From the human T2T-CHM13v2.0 reference genome, Homo sapiens: a DNA stretch of 64,000 bases. Positions 13,955-26,933 of this stretch are shown here, piece by piece. Below the pieces are notes generated by a model. The model was not told where the DNA came from and did not search any database. It saw only the letters and a program-made list of their open reading frames with translations. Within the stretch, counting starts at the first letter, position 1. Each line of letters starts with the position of its first letter. A program made the position numbers and the translations under genes. The stretch lies in the NCBI RefSeq assembly GCF_009914755.1, contig NC_060934.1. One strand, written 5' to 3'.

Positions 13955-16900
13955 AAAGATACAACAATAGGCTCGTGACTGTGACAGCCACCAGTCTTAC
14001 CTTGGACCATGTCACCTAGAGACAGTCAGCCTGATAGCACGGAAGAATGACACATTGAGGGCTCAGGTAAGGTGCTAGTATGGCAGAACTCTTTTTAGGG
14101 CTGGGTCTCCATCCTCCAAGATGTGGCATATGCTCAGAATTAACAGTGGATATGTGATACGCAGTGCTGTTTTCCTTCATTGTTAGAATTCCTAGGTGTG
14201 CAAAACAAGGAGTGAATCTTCTCACCAGAGCTCTCAGTGACCTACCTGCTTAGGGAATTTGAGCTTCCAATTATCACTAACCTTGGGCTCTGCCAGACTA
14301 GAAGCTCTACTTGCCATGGGGAGACTCCATCCATCAGGGAATAGATTAAGGGTTCCATTGAACTTAAGGCTGTTACTACCACCTGGCTACGTTGGGCTCC
14401 TCATGCAAGTAAACCAGCAGGCCAAAAAAAAAAGGGGGGGAGTGGGGGAGTTATTACACCCGTTAGGTCATGATTGGCCATGATTGCATGGGAGCTAGGG
14501 TGCTACCATCAGGAAAGAAGATGTTTAGAACCCAGGGACCCTGAGAATTCACTTCATTGCTCCTCCATGGCTTACAGTAACCACAGCATGATCAAGGCAA
14601 GGCAGCTAAGGGCTCAAACCCCTCAGAAACAGAGATCTGGGTCATCCCATCAGGCAAGCATCCCAGACCAGACAAAGTGTCAGCCTGAGGGCAAAGGACA
14701 TTTATAATGTGTGATCACTTTCTTCTTTCTAGCTTGTCTTCACCATTTCCTACCTGGGGGTTCACTCTAACCCTTTGGGTGAAAAAGAACAGGGAAAGAA
14801 AAAAAAAAGGAACAAGGAACCTGTTTAATTGTCTGGTCCTGCCATAAGCTAGCTTTGCATTCTCTGAACAAAGCCGAGGCTGGCTGTCCCTCTTGTGGGT
14901 ATTTTTCTCGGTTCTTCATAAACCTTGCCTGGTTGGTGTCCTTTCCTTTGTGTTTTGCTCCAACCCAGAACAAGCTTCTCTATTCTGGCTGTAGTCTTGG
15001 GAATCTGGCAGTTTACTGTCTGCTGAGGTCCTATAGCTGCCATCCCACCTCCATCTCCCCCAACCAGTGAATTTCCCTTCCCCCACCCCAACAGCCTAAA
15101 TCTGATCCATGGGATGTACTCACACATTATTTGCCCAGCAAATTCTAGCAGTGCAGCTCGATGCCATCACTATAGAAGCTCTCTTGTTCTTTTCCATCAA
15201 AGCCACCAGACACAGCCTGTCTCTTAACCCCAAGAATTCTCAGCTGGGAGTCAGACACTTGTCCACTCTGTCCTCCCCGACCCCCAACCACACAGGACAT
15301 ATATTTTGCCCTCTGAGTAGTCCCTTGAAGTCCCTTTTCTCCCTTCCCCTCTGAATTGATGTTGGGGGCCAAGAGGGCAGTGAGTAGAGAGGCAATGCCT
15401 TGGATGACTCTCCAAAGAGCTCCTCCCTGGAAATCCACTCATTTCCCTTCTATAACTTCAGTGTGAGTGAGTCAGGTAATTGACTTCCCAGTTATAGCTT
15501 TTACAGTTTTGTATCTTAGCCTTGTACCCCACTGTGGAATGAATTGTCTATTGTATCTTGAACCAGCGAAACAATTCTAACATCCTCTTTCTTAGGTATA
15601 CGTACAAACTGTGGATGGTTACACAACAGATCAATAATGCGTATATATATTGCCTTAGGAAGTGAATGGATGGGGAAGAACTGTTAATTTTTAAATTTAT
15701 TTTCCTCTTTATCTTTTAACATGTTAAAATGAGCCTATGTTCCTGTAGTAACAAAAATTAGGATGGTATAAGAGACAATGAACGTAGAACCTATGAGTAA
15801 ATTTAAATTTTATATATAATTAAAATTAGGCCATATATCAAATATCCAAGTATAATAGGTTATTTCATATATATCAAACAAAATGATTTTGGTTCTGAAA
15901 TAAAGCTGTAGAATTTCCTTAAACATTTTGGCTTGAAGAAACTTCATGAAGAAAAAGTGTTCTCTCCAATCCTTATGTAGTATTTACATGTAATGCAGTT
16001 GGCTGGCCTTCTGACTAGGAAACTTGGGCAAGAAAATGATCAAAATGACTGGAATCTCAAATTGAATTTTGGGGGACAGGATAAGGATGTTATGAGCTTC
16101 AGTACTCTATTTAAAAAAAAAAAAGGAAATAAATCCAGGAAAGTATATTCTGTACTCGGTTTGGTCAACACCTCTAGAAATGATGAAAGTGGTCATGGGC
16201 TCAATGGTGTTTTAAACCCACGTGCAACATTACGAAACTTCCAGTCAAATACAGTTATTGTGCACATCCCAAAAGCCCACTAAAATGACAGTGGGGAAAG
16301 AGAATGGGAGGAAGGAAGAAATAGACAAAACATGTCAACAAAATGTGAACAATAGAAAGCAAAAGTATTAAACTAGCTTAGCAGATCAGAGAGAGATGAA
16401 ACCTAAATGCTCCAAGGGGTAAAAGCCAACAAAAATATGTTTGTGAATCAGACTCTGGGAAGACTTAGAATTTCCAGGCATCTTTTTCTTTTTCCAGTTA
16501 ACTGCAAATTAAATTTTCTTTGCCCAATCATCAAGTTTGACATAAACAATTTTGATATTTACAAAGATTCTTTCATACAAATCTGTCATAATTTCATATT
16601 GCTAGACATTGAGTTTAGTTGGTTTTTATTAGCAATAACCCAGAAATGAGTATATTTATTCTCAAATATTTATTATTATTTGGAAGTATATGATCCTAGA
16701 AGTTGAATTGGGTCAAGGGACATAAATACTTCTAAAGTTTTTAATGAATTTCACCAGATTGCTTCTCAGAGTTTTCGTCAATTTGTTCTCTATCTTCAGT
16801 GTTGGATATTTTTTTTTCTCACCGTGAACTATCCAGCACTGAAGTAGTCTTCTGAATTTCATAGCTCATTCTTGCTCTAATTTGAATTTATTTGGTTGTA

Positions 16901-17417
16901 TCACTGGTAATTTATAGCATTTCAACGTACTCTTAATTTTAGTATTTTGTCTTCTGTAAATTTTCTGTTCACACTTTTGGGAATCATCTCTTACGGCCAG
17001 GATAGAGGTGGGCTGAAAACAGGAAAACTGCTTGAAAGTCTTGTTCAAAGGGTAGCAGAAACCCATTTGTATTCTTTTTCTCATTAGACAAGTTTATAAC
17101 CCAGGGCACCAGGCACAGCCATGAACACTGTACTAAAACAATGGGCATGCTGAATGCTGAGAGCCCCCTCAACCCCTTCTCCTGGTCACCTTCCTCGCAC
17201 TAGAAACCCAGTATACATCAGCAGGCAGATCTGAGACTGACCAGCCTGAAAGCAAAGATCTATAGGTGCTCACATATAAGAGTCTTTTCAATCAAATATG
17301 CAAGTCTTGGAATAGGGCAAGTGTGTGGGTAGAGTGGGGAAGGAGTGATGGAACAGAATTATACCATCTTCTTCCAGAGTAAGAAGTCAATGATAATCTC
17401 TTAAAAAGAAAAATCAG

Positions 17418-17600
17418 AGCTGGATACAATGGGACATTCCTGTAATCCCAGCACTTAGGGAGGCTAAGGCAAGAGGATTGCTTGAGCCCAGGAGTTCAAG
17501 GCTGCAGTGAGCTATGATTGCACCACTGCACTCCAGCCTCGGCAACAGGGCAAAATCTTGTCTCTTAAAAAAAGATTAAAATTAAACAAAATAAAATAAG
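17418..17600 (+). mobile_element. Alu monomer (FRAM-like)
   Basis: Single-arm Alu with A tail. Confidence 0.8.
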
Positions 17601-17874
17601 GAAAACAATGGCAGTTTAAGCATGTAATTTGGAAATGTAGAAATGTTTGAGCAATGCTGAAGACAATGGTAAGAGTTGTCGTCCATCACTATGACTTTCA
17701 GGAAAAGAACAATCAGGAGCAAATCAACTTCTCAAGAAGAACCAGCATCAACCACTTTGTAGAAGGCTTGCTCTCCATTATCCAGGCTGGGCTAATCATC
17801 ACAAAGGCTTAAATAGATTCAGTCCTGATGAACACAGACCGTCAAAGGAGCTGAAGCTTCTGTGAGAGTCAAAG

Positions 17875-18335
17875 ACAGCTACAACAATACTGCATAACAA
17901 ACTGCCCCAAAACTCAGTGGCATGTGTGTATTTATGCTCACACTCCAGAATCTATAGGACATTTGGAGTTTCAATTGCAGTTTGGCTGATCTAGGCTGGG
18001 CCTGACTCAGAGGCTCTGCCTCAGGCTATATTTCTTCTGGGCTTGGTTGCAGGTTGTGAATCTGCTCCACAGGTCTCATTCTGGAACCTAGATTCAGAGG
18101 CGTGACTACCAGTGACATGTTCTTATCATGGTGGATCACTTCCATGGACATTCCAAATCTCTGATTGCATCATATCCACTGACATCCCATTGACCAAATC
18201 AAGTCATATGTCAAGCCCAAAGTCAAAGTGTGAGGAACTATTATTTGCCAACCATGAAGCCATGGCAAGAGTGTAGAGACATGACATCACTGTGAGAGAG
18301 TGAAGAAATCATTGAGACCAACAATTCAATCTGCC
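17875..18335 (-). mobile_element. Old MLT1-type LTR
   Basis: Motifs ctgcataacaaactgccccaaaactcagtggc and cccattgaccaaatcaagtcatatg. Confidence 0.65.
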
Positions 18336-20567
18336 AAAGCACCCTTCTTCATCATATCATTCATCATTTATCAAATATGTTCTGATCTTGGTCATCATTT
18401 CCATTATATTACCATGGTGGTTTGGTCGCTTTATCCTATTCCAGCCTCTTAGCAAGAATATCTAGGATGAAGAGCAGAATTAATGACTAAGTGTACGAAT
18501 TTGCTTCTTTTTTATGCAGTTATTTAAAATATTATTTAATATTGTTATAAATCATTGTATTTAAACACTGTTTTATTCTAAGCTCTCTTTTTTATCTAAA
18601 AAATAAATAGGAATATATTTTACTCTTTAAAAATGTTTGAACTCATTGTATGTCAAGTGGAACTTTTTCTGGATTTTTTAAAAGTCGAAACACACAGCAA
18701 AATATCTTGGAATGTAGGGAAAGTTATTTGATATAGAAAATGTGTAGTCTAGCCAAGAAGTGATTACTCCAGAAAACCTCATGGAGGATAAAGGATTTAA
18801 TGTGAGACTTGATATTTTGGAAAAACAAACTGAGGATTAATAATATCCGGGTGATGTCTCCCAATAACACCAAAGGAAACACTGAAGACGTCTTAAAAGA
18901 ATGGCTTCCAGATGCCTAGTAAATCATGTGTCCATATACCAAATGAGAACATGGCTAAGGGAGAATGTTTCTTATTTTGAGAAGGGATGCATTCTTTGGG
19001 TGACTAGTAGTATTTTGCACTTCAACTTTGTAATATTATTAAAGAGATAAAAGCCACGGGCATTATCCTTTTCAAATAATGAAATGATGAATAAACTATT
19101 TGCAATGAAAATCAGTTTTACCATACAATGTGATTTATTCATAAGAACATAAGTAAATCAGGGTTTATGGTGAGATGATTTGTTTATTTCACTGACTGGA
19201 ATATAGTTCAAAATCTTGTACAGTGGAAGGAGGATGACTGTAAAAAGGAAGGTAGAACAAGAAAACCGGGATGACGCTTTGCACACAGGAACGTTCTTAG
19301 AAAAAATTTTTTGAAAGAACTGGAATTTGGAAATTGATTTCCCGTAAACCATCTTATACCCACATACCCTTTGAAAAAAATTCATGTGTACGTCAGTTTG
19401 GAGGCCACTTACTTAGTTCATTGATAGAGTTCCCGTATTTCTATGCCCTTCGAGGTCTTAAGTCATTTCCTCCTACACACTCCATTATAGATTTGCACCA
19501 ATCAAAATGCACCAGAACCTATTAGCTTTCAGAGCTAGCATCATGAAATGCATTTAGTGAGGTCACTGGCTTTTAGTTTTCTATATTGAAATCTTCCTTT
19601 GACTTACTCTGTGGTTAATTTTCACATCTCTTTATTACCTGGCAAGAGTTTGGGCTTGAACAATTCTTCTCTGGGTCTTGTCACTGGATTGAAAAACAAC
19701 AGCAGCAGCAACAGCAGCAGGAGCAAAACGAGTTTTTAAGGAACACAAACAGATTGTAATCCGATATCGTAGAACAGAAATTCGAATGTGTGCATTCTCT
19801 GAGGGATATTTCTCTTAATCAATTAAATTTCCTATAGAGGATATTAAGCACAAATGGACCATTTGGCAATTTCCATGGATATTAAGTGCTTGAAGAAGAA
19901 AGAAAAAAACTGGAAGTCTAAATGAACCAAACTAATCTTCTAATTTTCTATTTCCTTCTTAACTGGTAAATCAGCTGAAAGTAGGCGGCAGAGCACAGAT
20001 TAATAACCATATGCAATATATTGCCAGTTGTCATTTGAGGGAACTATTTTTCTTCTGTCATATTGATTACCTAAGTGTTATAATAATGTCTCAGGAGTAC
20101 TTTGGGATTAGGAAAGCAATGATGATTTTTTTTCCTTCCTTTGCAAAAGTGTCTACTTCCTTGGCTTCTGGAAACTCACTCTGTATTAATTAAGATTAGG
20201 TTCCGGTGTGAGAAACAGACTCTAAAAACAGAGCCTTACAGAAGACAGAAATTGATTACTTACAACAATTGTCTGGAGTTAACAGTTAAGGTCTGCAGCA
20301 GTGGCTCGACTCTGCAGAGTCACAAGGGACCTAAGCTCCTCCTCCACTGTGCAAGACCCAAGTTTCCAAGATGTGCTTTGTCTCCAGCCATCATGACTAC
20401 ATTCTAACCAACCAAGAGGAGGGAAGCCTCAAGAGAAGGAGCAAAAGTCCCAAACTGACTTTCTTTCTGGAAATTACCACACCACAATTCTATTTGTATC
20501 TCTTTGGCCAAAATGAATCATACAAAATGTTTTTGTTTTTTATATTTTGAATAATTTGAAGCTATGT

Positions 20568-22820
20568 CTTTTTTTTTTTTTTTTTTTTTTGAGGGAGGAT
20601 ATCACTCTGTCATCCAGACTGGAGTAGAATGAGGCAATGATGCAGCCTCAACCTCCTGAGCTCAAGCAATCCTCCTGCCTCAGCCTCCCCACTAGCTAGG
20701 ACTACAGGCTTGAGCCATCACATAGAGACAGGGTCTCACTACGTTGCCCAGTCTTGACACTGTATAACAGGTACACAGAAATTTAAATTTGTTATATTTT
20801 CCTGGGATTGATCCTCTTATCAACATAAAGTGACCCTATTTTTCTCTAGTAATTATTTTTGCCTGAAAGTCTAATTTTTCTGATTTTAATAGAGGTACAC
20901 CAGCTTTCTTTTTGGTGTTTTCCAGGTATGTCTTTTCCCATCTTTCACTTTTAACTCCTCCAGAAACTTATATTTTAGACATGTTTATTGTAACAGAATA
21001 TAGGTGCTTTTAAAAAAAATCTGGCTTGACAATCTTGGTGTTTAATGTTGGCGTTAATTTACTTGCACTAACTGCCATCTTATTATGTGCTATTTGTTCT
21101 GCCTTTTGTTTGATTCCTTTTCTCTCCTCTGTTGCCTTCTGTTTAGATTTACTGTTTTTTCTAAATTTTATTTTTTCTGCTACTATTTGGAAGTCACACA
21201 CTCTGATACTGTTCTTTTAGTGTTTATCGCCAAAATAACATGCATTATTAATTTATCAAAGATTCAAGTTAATCAATACCTACCTACAGAACATTGCCTT
21301 CATCCCTACTAGAATTATGTCTCCCTCTGAAATAAGATGCCATTGTGGTCATGCATTTAAATCCTTTTATTTTTTTTACTAGAAACACAAAGATTTCTGT
21401 TTTATACAATCATTATATTGTTTGTATTTATCCATATATTCTCCAAATTCTCTGGCCTTCCATTTTTTTAAAAAATAGAATTGTTGAGGCATGAATGACA
21501 TACAATAAACTGCACATATTTAAATTGTGTAATTTCGTAAGTTTTGACATACGTGAAACAATTGCTACAATCAAGAGAATGATCATATCCTCAACTCCAA
21601 AAGATTTCTTAGGTCCTTTTTTAATCCTTCACTTCTGCCACTGCACTCTATTGTTGGTAGTGGTGGTGTTTCAGGCAGAAGCCTAAAGCCAAATCCTGTT
21701 ACTCCATCTTGGCTATTAGTGAAAGTCCCTCTCCATCAGTTTGTATCTCAGACATTGAATATGAGATCACTTTCTTTGTATCTCTAGTACACTGTTTAGA
21801 TTTTCCTTTAGCAAAGATCTGCTAATGGCAGACTCCCCTAAGTTTTTGATGGATTTAGAATGTCATCAGTTTGGCTCTATGTACAAAAAAAATGTTTTCT
21901 AAGTATGGAGCTTTGGATTGAAGACAGTTTTTCCTTTGCACATGAATATGTTATTCCACTGTCTCTTAGAGGCTTCCCTTGTTGTGGTCAAGAAATGAGC
22001 TGTCAGTTTTTTGCTCCTTTGAAGGTAACATATATCCTTTAAGACCTCTTCATCTTTGTGGCTTTCCAGTTTCACTATGATTTCTGTAGCTTTTGCATTT
22101 CTTTATATTTATTCTGTCTGATTTTTGCTGTGCTCTTAAATCTAGAAGAATATATTTTTGATCCATTCTGGAAAATTCTGTCATCTTTTCTCAAATATTA
22201 CCTCTGTCCCCCTTTTCTCTCTCTTTTCCATCTAAAATTTCAATTAGGCACATTTCTACTCTATCCACCATTTTTCTTAGCTCCTCCCTTCCCCCCACCA
22301 ACATTTTTTGCATCTCATTTCTGTGCAACATTTTGGATAACTTCTTCACACCTCTTTGTCTTTAAGATCACTAATTTTTTCTTCAGCTACATCTGATCTG
22401 CTGTCAAGTCCATCCACTGAGATTTTTGTTCATTTTAGTGAATATATTTTTCATTTCTAGGTGCTCTGTTTGGTTCTTTCTCAAATGTGATTGATCATTC
22501 TATATGGTTTATTATTCTCTATAAGGATTTTTAAATTTTATTTATATAAACACACTAAACAATTATTTTATCATCTACTTCTCATTATACAATATCTGAA
22601 GTATTTTTGTTTCTGTTATTTGTATTCTTGCTGCTTCTTACTCTTTGTACCTTGTTTCCCTATATTTTGAAAGCCTTTTTGACTGTAAGCTGTTCATTTA
22701 CTTGGAAATTTATTTTTCAAGGAAATTCCTTAAGAACTGAGAAAAATAAGCTGCCTCTAAACAGGATTGGCATTTGCTTCTGCCAGACACTGGGGGCCAC
22801 TACATATTTAGGACCACTTT
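20568..22820 (-). mobile_element. Deleted AluJ fragment (~20568-20752) followed by old L1M fragments
   Basis: Alu arm sequence, then T-rich antisense L1-like sequence. Confidence 0.6.
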
Positions 22821-24177
22821 AAACTACTGGTGTCATTTTATGTATGTGGTCTGCAATTTTTCGCTTAACAATATATCATGAAATGCTTGTCATTGCAAGT
22901 AAATTTATCTACTCATTATTTTGGCTGCATAGAATTCTATAATAAAGATATATTGTAATTGATTTAACCCTTCAACTGTTGATGGACTTTTAAGTCATTT
23001 CTAAATTTTCACTATTAAAAACAGACATCGCTTCAAATGTGCATTTCTTCTTACAGACACATACACACATATGTCAGTATAAACATTCCTAAAAGTGGGA
23101 GCGCTATGGCAAAGAGAATGTGCATTAAAAAATTTAATTACACACAATTTTTCAAAAAAACTCTATCTTTTTACAGCTCACCAATATATAACCATGTCCT
23201 TGAAAGCACTGGATGTCATCAACCTTTACATTTCACTGATCTGATGAGAATCTTACTGTTTTAATCTGCTCATGTCTTACTACCAATAAGGCTGAACATA
23301 TTTGCATATATCCATAGACCATTTGCTTATCTTCTGTGAAATTGCTGCTCATTCACTGCCCATTTTTATAATTTTTTTTGGACTATTTTCTCGCTAATTT
23401 GAACTTTAAACTTAAGAATTATAATATCTTTCTTTTAAACATTTTACTGAGGAATAACTTTTAAAATATAAATATGAGCTAGTATAAATTAGTATTGAAG
23501 ATTTTTCATAATAGATAATGTTTTAATGCAAAGATAAGCATTGTATAATTGTCTTAAATGGTGCAAATTATAATAATTTCCTCCATTAGTTCTTTGCTAT
23601 TCTTCTCAAGTTATACAACCGTGCTTTTTGTGACTACTTTTGGAATTGATATTTTAAAAATTCCTGTTTCTGGTCATTACCTAAAATGAGTGCTTTACTT
23701 GAAATGTGTGGGTATTCTAGTTGAGGCAAAAAAGCCTACAAGTTAGTAGTGATTGTATATCTTATTGATGAGAAAAATTCAATCTAATTACTTCTTCAAT
23801 CTTTTTAAAATGTTGGAGATTTGTGTACTAATAATCATAATTAGAGAGATATTTCTAATCAGGTTTCTGTTTTACTAGATGGATACTTATTTTCAAAGAG
23901 TTTTTTTTTAATTTCAAGGGCTTAACATATAACTAATTTTCACCAGCTATTTCCATCTTCTTCATTTATCTAGAGCAGTTACATTTATATTTAAAAACTA
24001 TGCAGGTGGGAGTTAACAGCATTGTTGAAATTTGAAGTTTTACTAATTAATATTTTACTGTTTTAGAAAATGTGTATGACAGTCATATCTGTGGGTTCCG
24101 CAGATTCAACCAACTGTGGATCAACCAACTGCAGATTGAAAATATTTTTAAAAAACAGTAAAAAATAACACAAATAA

Positions 24178-24478
24178 GGTCAGTCACAATGGCTCATGCC
24201 TGTAATCCCAGTGCTTTGGGAGGCCAAGGCAGGGAGATTACTTGAGCCCAGGAGTTCGAGGTGAACCTAACCAACATAAACAAGGGCCCATCTCTACAGA
24301 AACATGTTTTAAATGAGCTGGGTATGGTGGCGGCATGTACCTGTAGTCCCAGCTACTCAGGAGGCTGAGGCAGGAGGATCACTCAGTCCCAGGGGTTAGA
24401 GGTTAGAGTGAGCTATGATTTCATCACTGCACTCCAACCTGTGTAACAGGGCAAGACTCTAGCTCTAGAAAAGAAAAT
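24178..24478 (+). mobile_element. AluJ-like, preceded by a Tigger/MER2-type fragment (~24080-24170)
   Basis: Alu consensus; upstream motif gattcaaccaactg...gaaaatatt. Confidence 0.8.
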
Positions 24479-25436
24479 TAATTCAATCTGATCAAGAACC
24501 AAAATACTAACTTTTGTTAGTGTAGCTGCAAAAGTTGTATCTGTAAAAGTTGAAGGAGTAGATGTTTCAGTCAACACCACTTTCTATATTTAGAACTGAA
24601 AAGTGACATCAACAGCCCTCAGCAACTTATTTATTGTCACATTTTTTATCTCCAAACAAGGCTGTGTAACATATGCACTGAACTTTCAACCCTGAGAACA
24701 GAATCCCAAACATTCACTATATACATATGTCTATAATTACTTCTGGCCACAATAAAACCTACAAATAAAAGTGAAAAATAAGAATATAAAAGGTTTGTTT
24801 CTCCATGTTGTAATTTTGTTTTATCAGTACACACATACACCTGAACAACAAATTTACAAAGCAGGATGCAAAATTGCATATAGACTATGATTACAACTAT
24901 GTAAAAATGCATAGGAAAATAAATGGATGGCCAGGAACCAAATAAAATTGTAGTCATGGCTATGTTCGGGTTATAGGACCATGGCTGTTTTGCTTGCCTT
25001 TGTCTTGATTTTCCAAATGAAATGCAATGTAGTCAGACTACTATAATGCTGATGCCTACTGGTCCTTTGTCTTTTTGGCTGAGCTCTCTCAAAAGAATTT
25101 ACTGAAAAAATAAGTTAATGATGAACATGCAAGTTGTTGACAATTTGGTAAGGGAGAAGAGATATTTAACATTATCTTCTGTGGGACAGAAGAGGTGTCC
25201 CACATCAGAGAATCTGAAAGCCCCTTTGACAGCCTTTTTCCCAGAATCCCTTCTGTGCTGTAGTGCCATGAAAACCATTCTTTCTTCCCTCCTTTAAGCA
25301 CCACATCACCACAGGTCCAGATCTTACTCCAGTCTTTGACCTCCAGAATTCCACCTCTCTCTTTGGGTTTCTCTCCCCTGAAATTATTCAAGAAGATTTA
25401 ACTGTGCTTTAGTTCCTGCCTCTAAACTTGCTTACT

Positions 25437-25770
<334 letters not shown>

Positions 25771-26080
25771 CTTGCTTGCCAAACCAATCTTATAAGGCAC
25801 TCAGAAAACAAAAGGATTCTGCAATTTCCAGGAACTACTCTCCTTTAAAACTGATTTTAAATAACCAAGCTACACAACTTTAAAAACTAAAAAGAAACAA
25901 TAATTTTTACAAACACACTTATGTTTGTGTGAGTATAAAATGGCCTAATATGCCACGAATACACTGCACGATATCTACCAAAATGTAAAATGTTTATACC
26001 CTTTGACTCTGAAATTCCACTGCTAGAATTTCATCTCATAGAAGTAGTCAAGAAAATTCACTGAAGAAAAATGTTCATAG

Positions 26081-26497
<417 letters not shown>

Positions 26498-26550
26498 TAC
26501 ACAGCTATTTTAAAAGGTGACAGAAATCATATAGACTAATATGGAAAGCT

Positions 26551-26555
<5 letters not shown>

Positions 26556-26592
<37 letters not shown>
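26556..26592. repeat. (TA)n microsatellite
   Basis: Read directly. Confidence 0.95.
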
Positions 26593-26595
<3 letters not shown>

Positions 26596-26639
26596 AAGAT
26601 TAACAATCTTAAAGTATTTTTAATTTTTCAATTAATTAA

Positions 26640-26933
26640 CTAATTTATTTATTTAGAGACAGGGTCTCACTGTGTCACCCAGGCTGGGGTGCATTGGGTG
26701 GGATCATGGCTCACTGAAGCCTTGATCTCCTAGGCTCAAGAAATCCTCCTGTCAGAGCCTCCCAAGTAGCTGGGACTACAAGTGCATGCCACCATGCCCA
26801 GCAAATTAAAAAAAAAAAAAATCTGTAGAGACAGGGACTTGCTATGTTTCTCAGGCTGGTCTTGAACTCCTGGCCTCAAGCAATCCTCCCACCTTGACCT
26901 CCCAAAGGACTGGGATTACAGGTGTGAGCCACT
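26640..26933 (-). mobile_element. AluJ-like
   Basis: Alu consensus. Confidence 0.88.

Larger units (their letters stand above)
12900..14700 (+). mobile_element. Degenerate ERVL internal sequence (integrase and downstream remnants), interrupted by an Alu and an L1
   Basis: gggatggaggctatgcatggg...atggcaccattcc...ggtagcaggtcaattacat...gagtttgccttc resembles the ERVL integrase region. Confidence 0.6.

Noticed and set aside
19694-19725. CAG run as a polyglutamine exon
   Set aside because: Short and interrupted, with no long ORF or convincing flanking splice sites.
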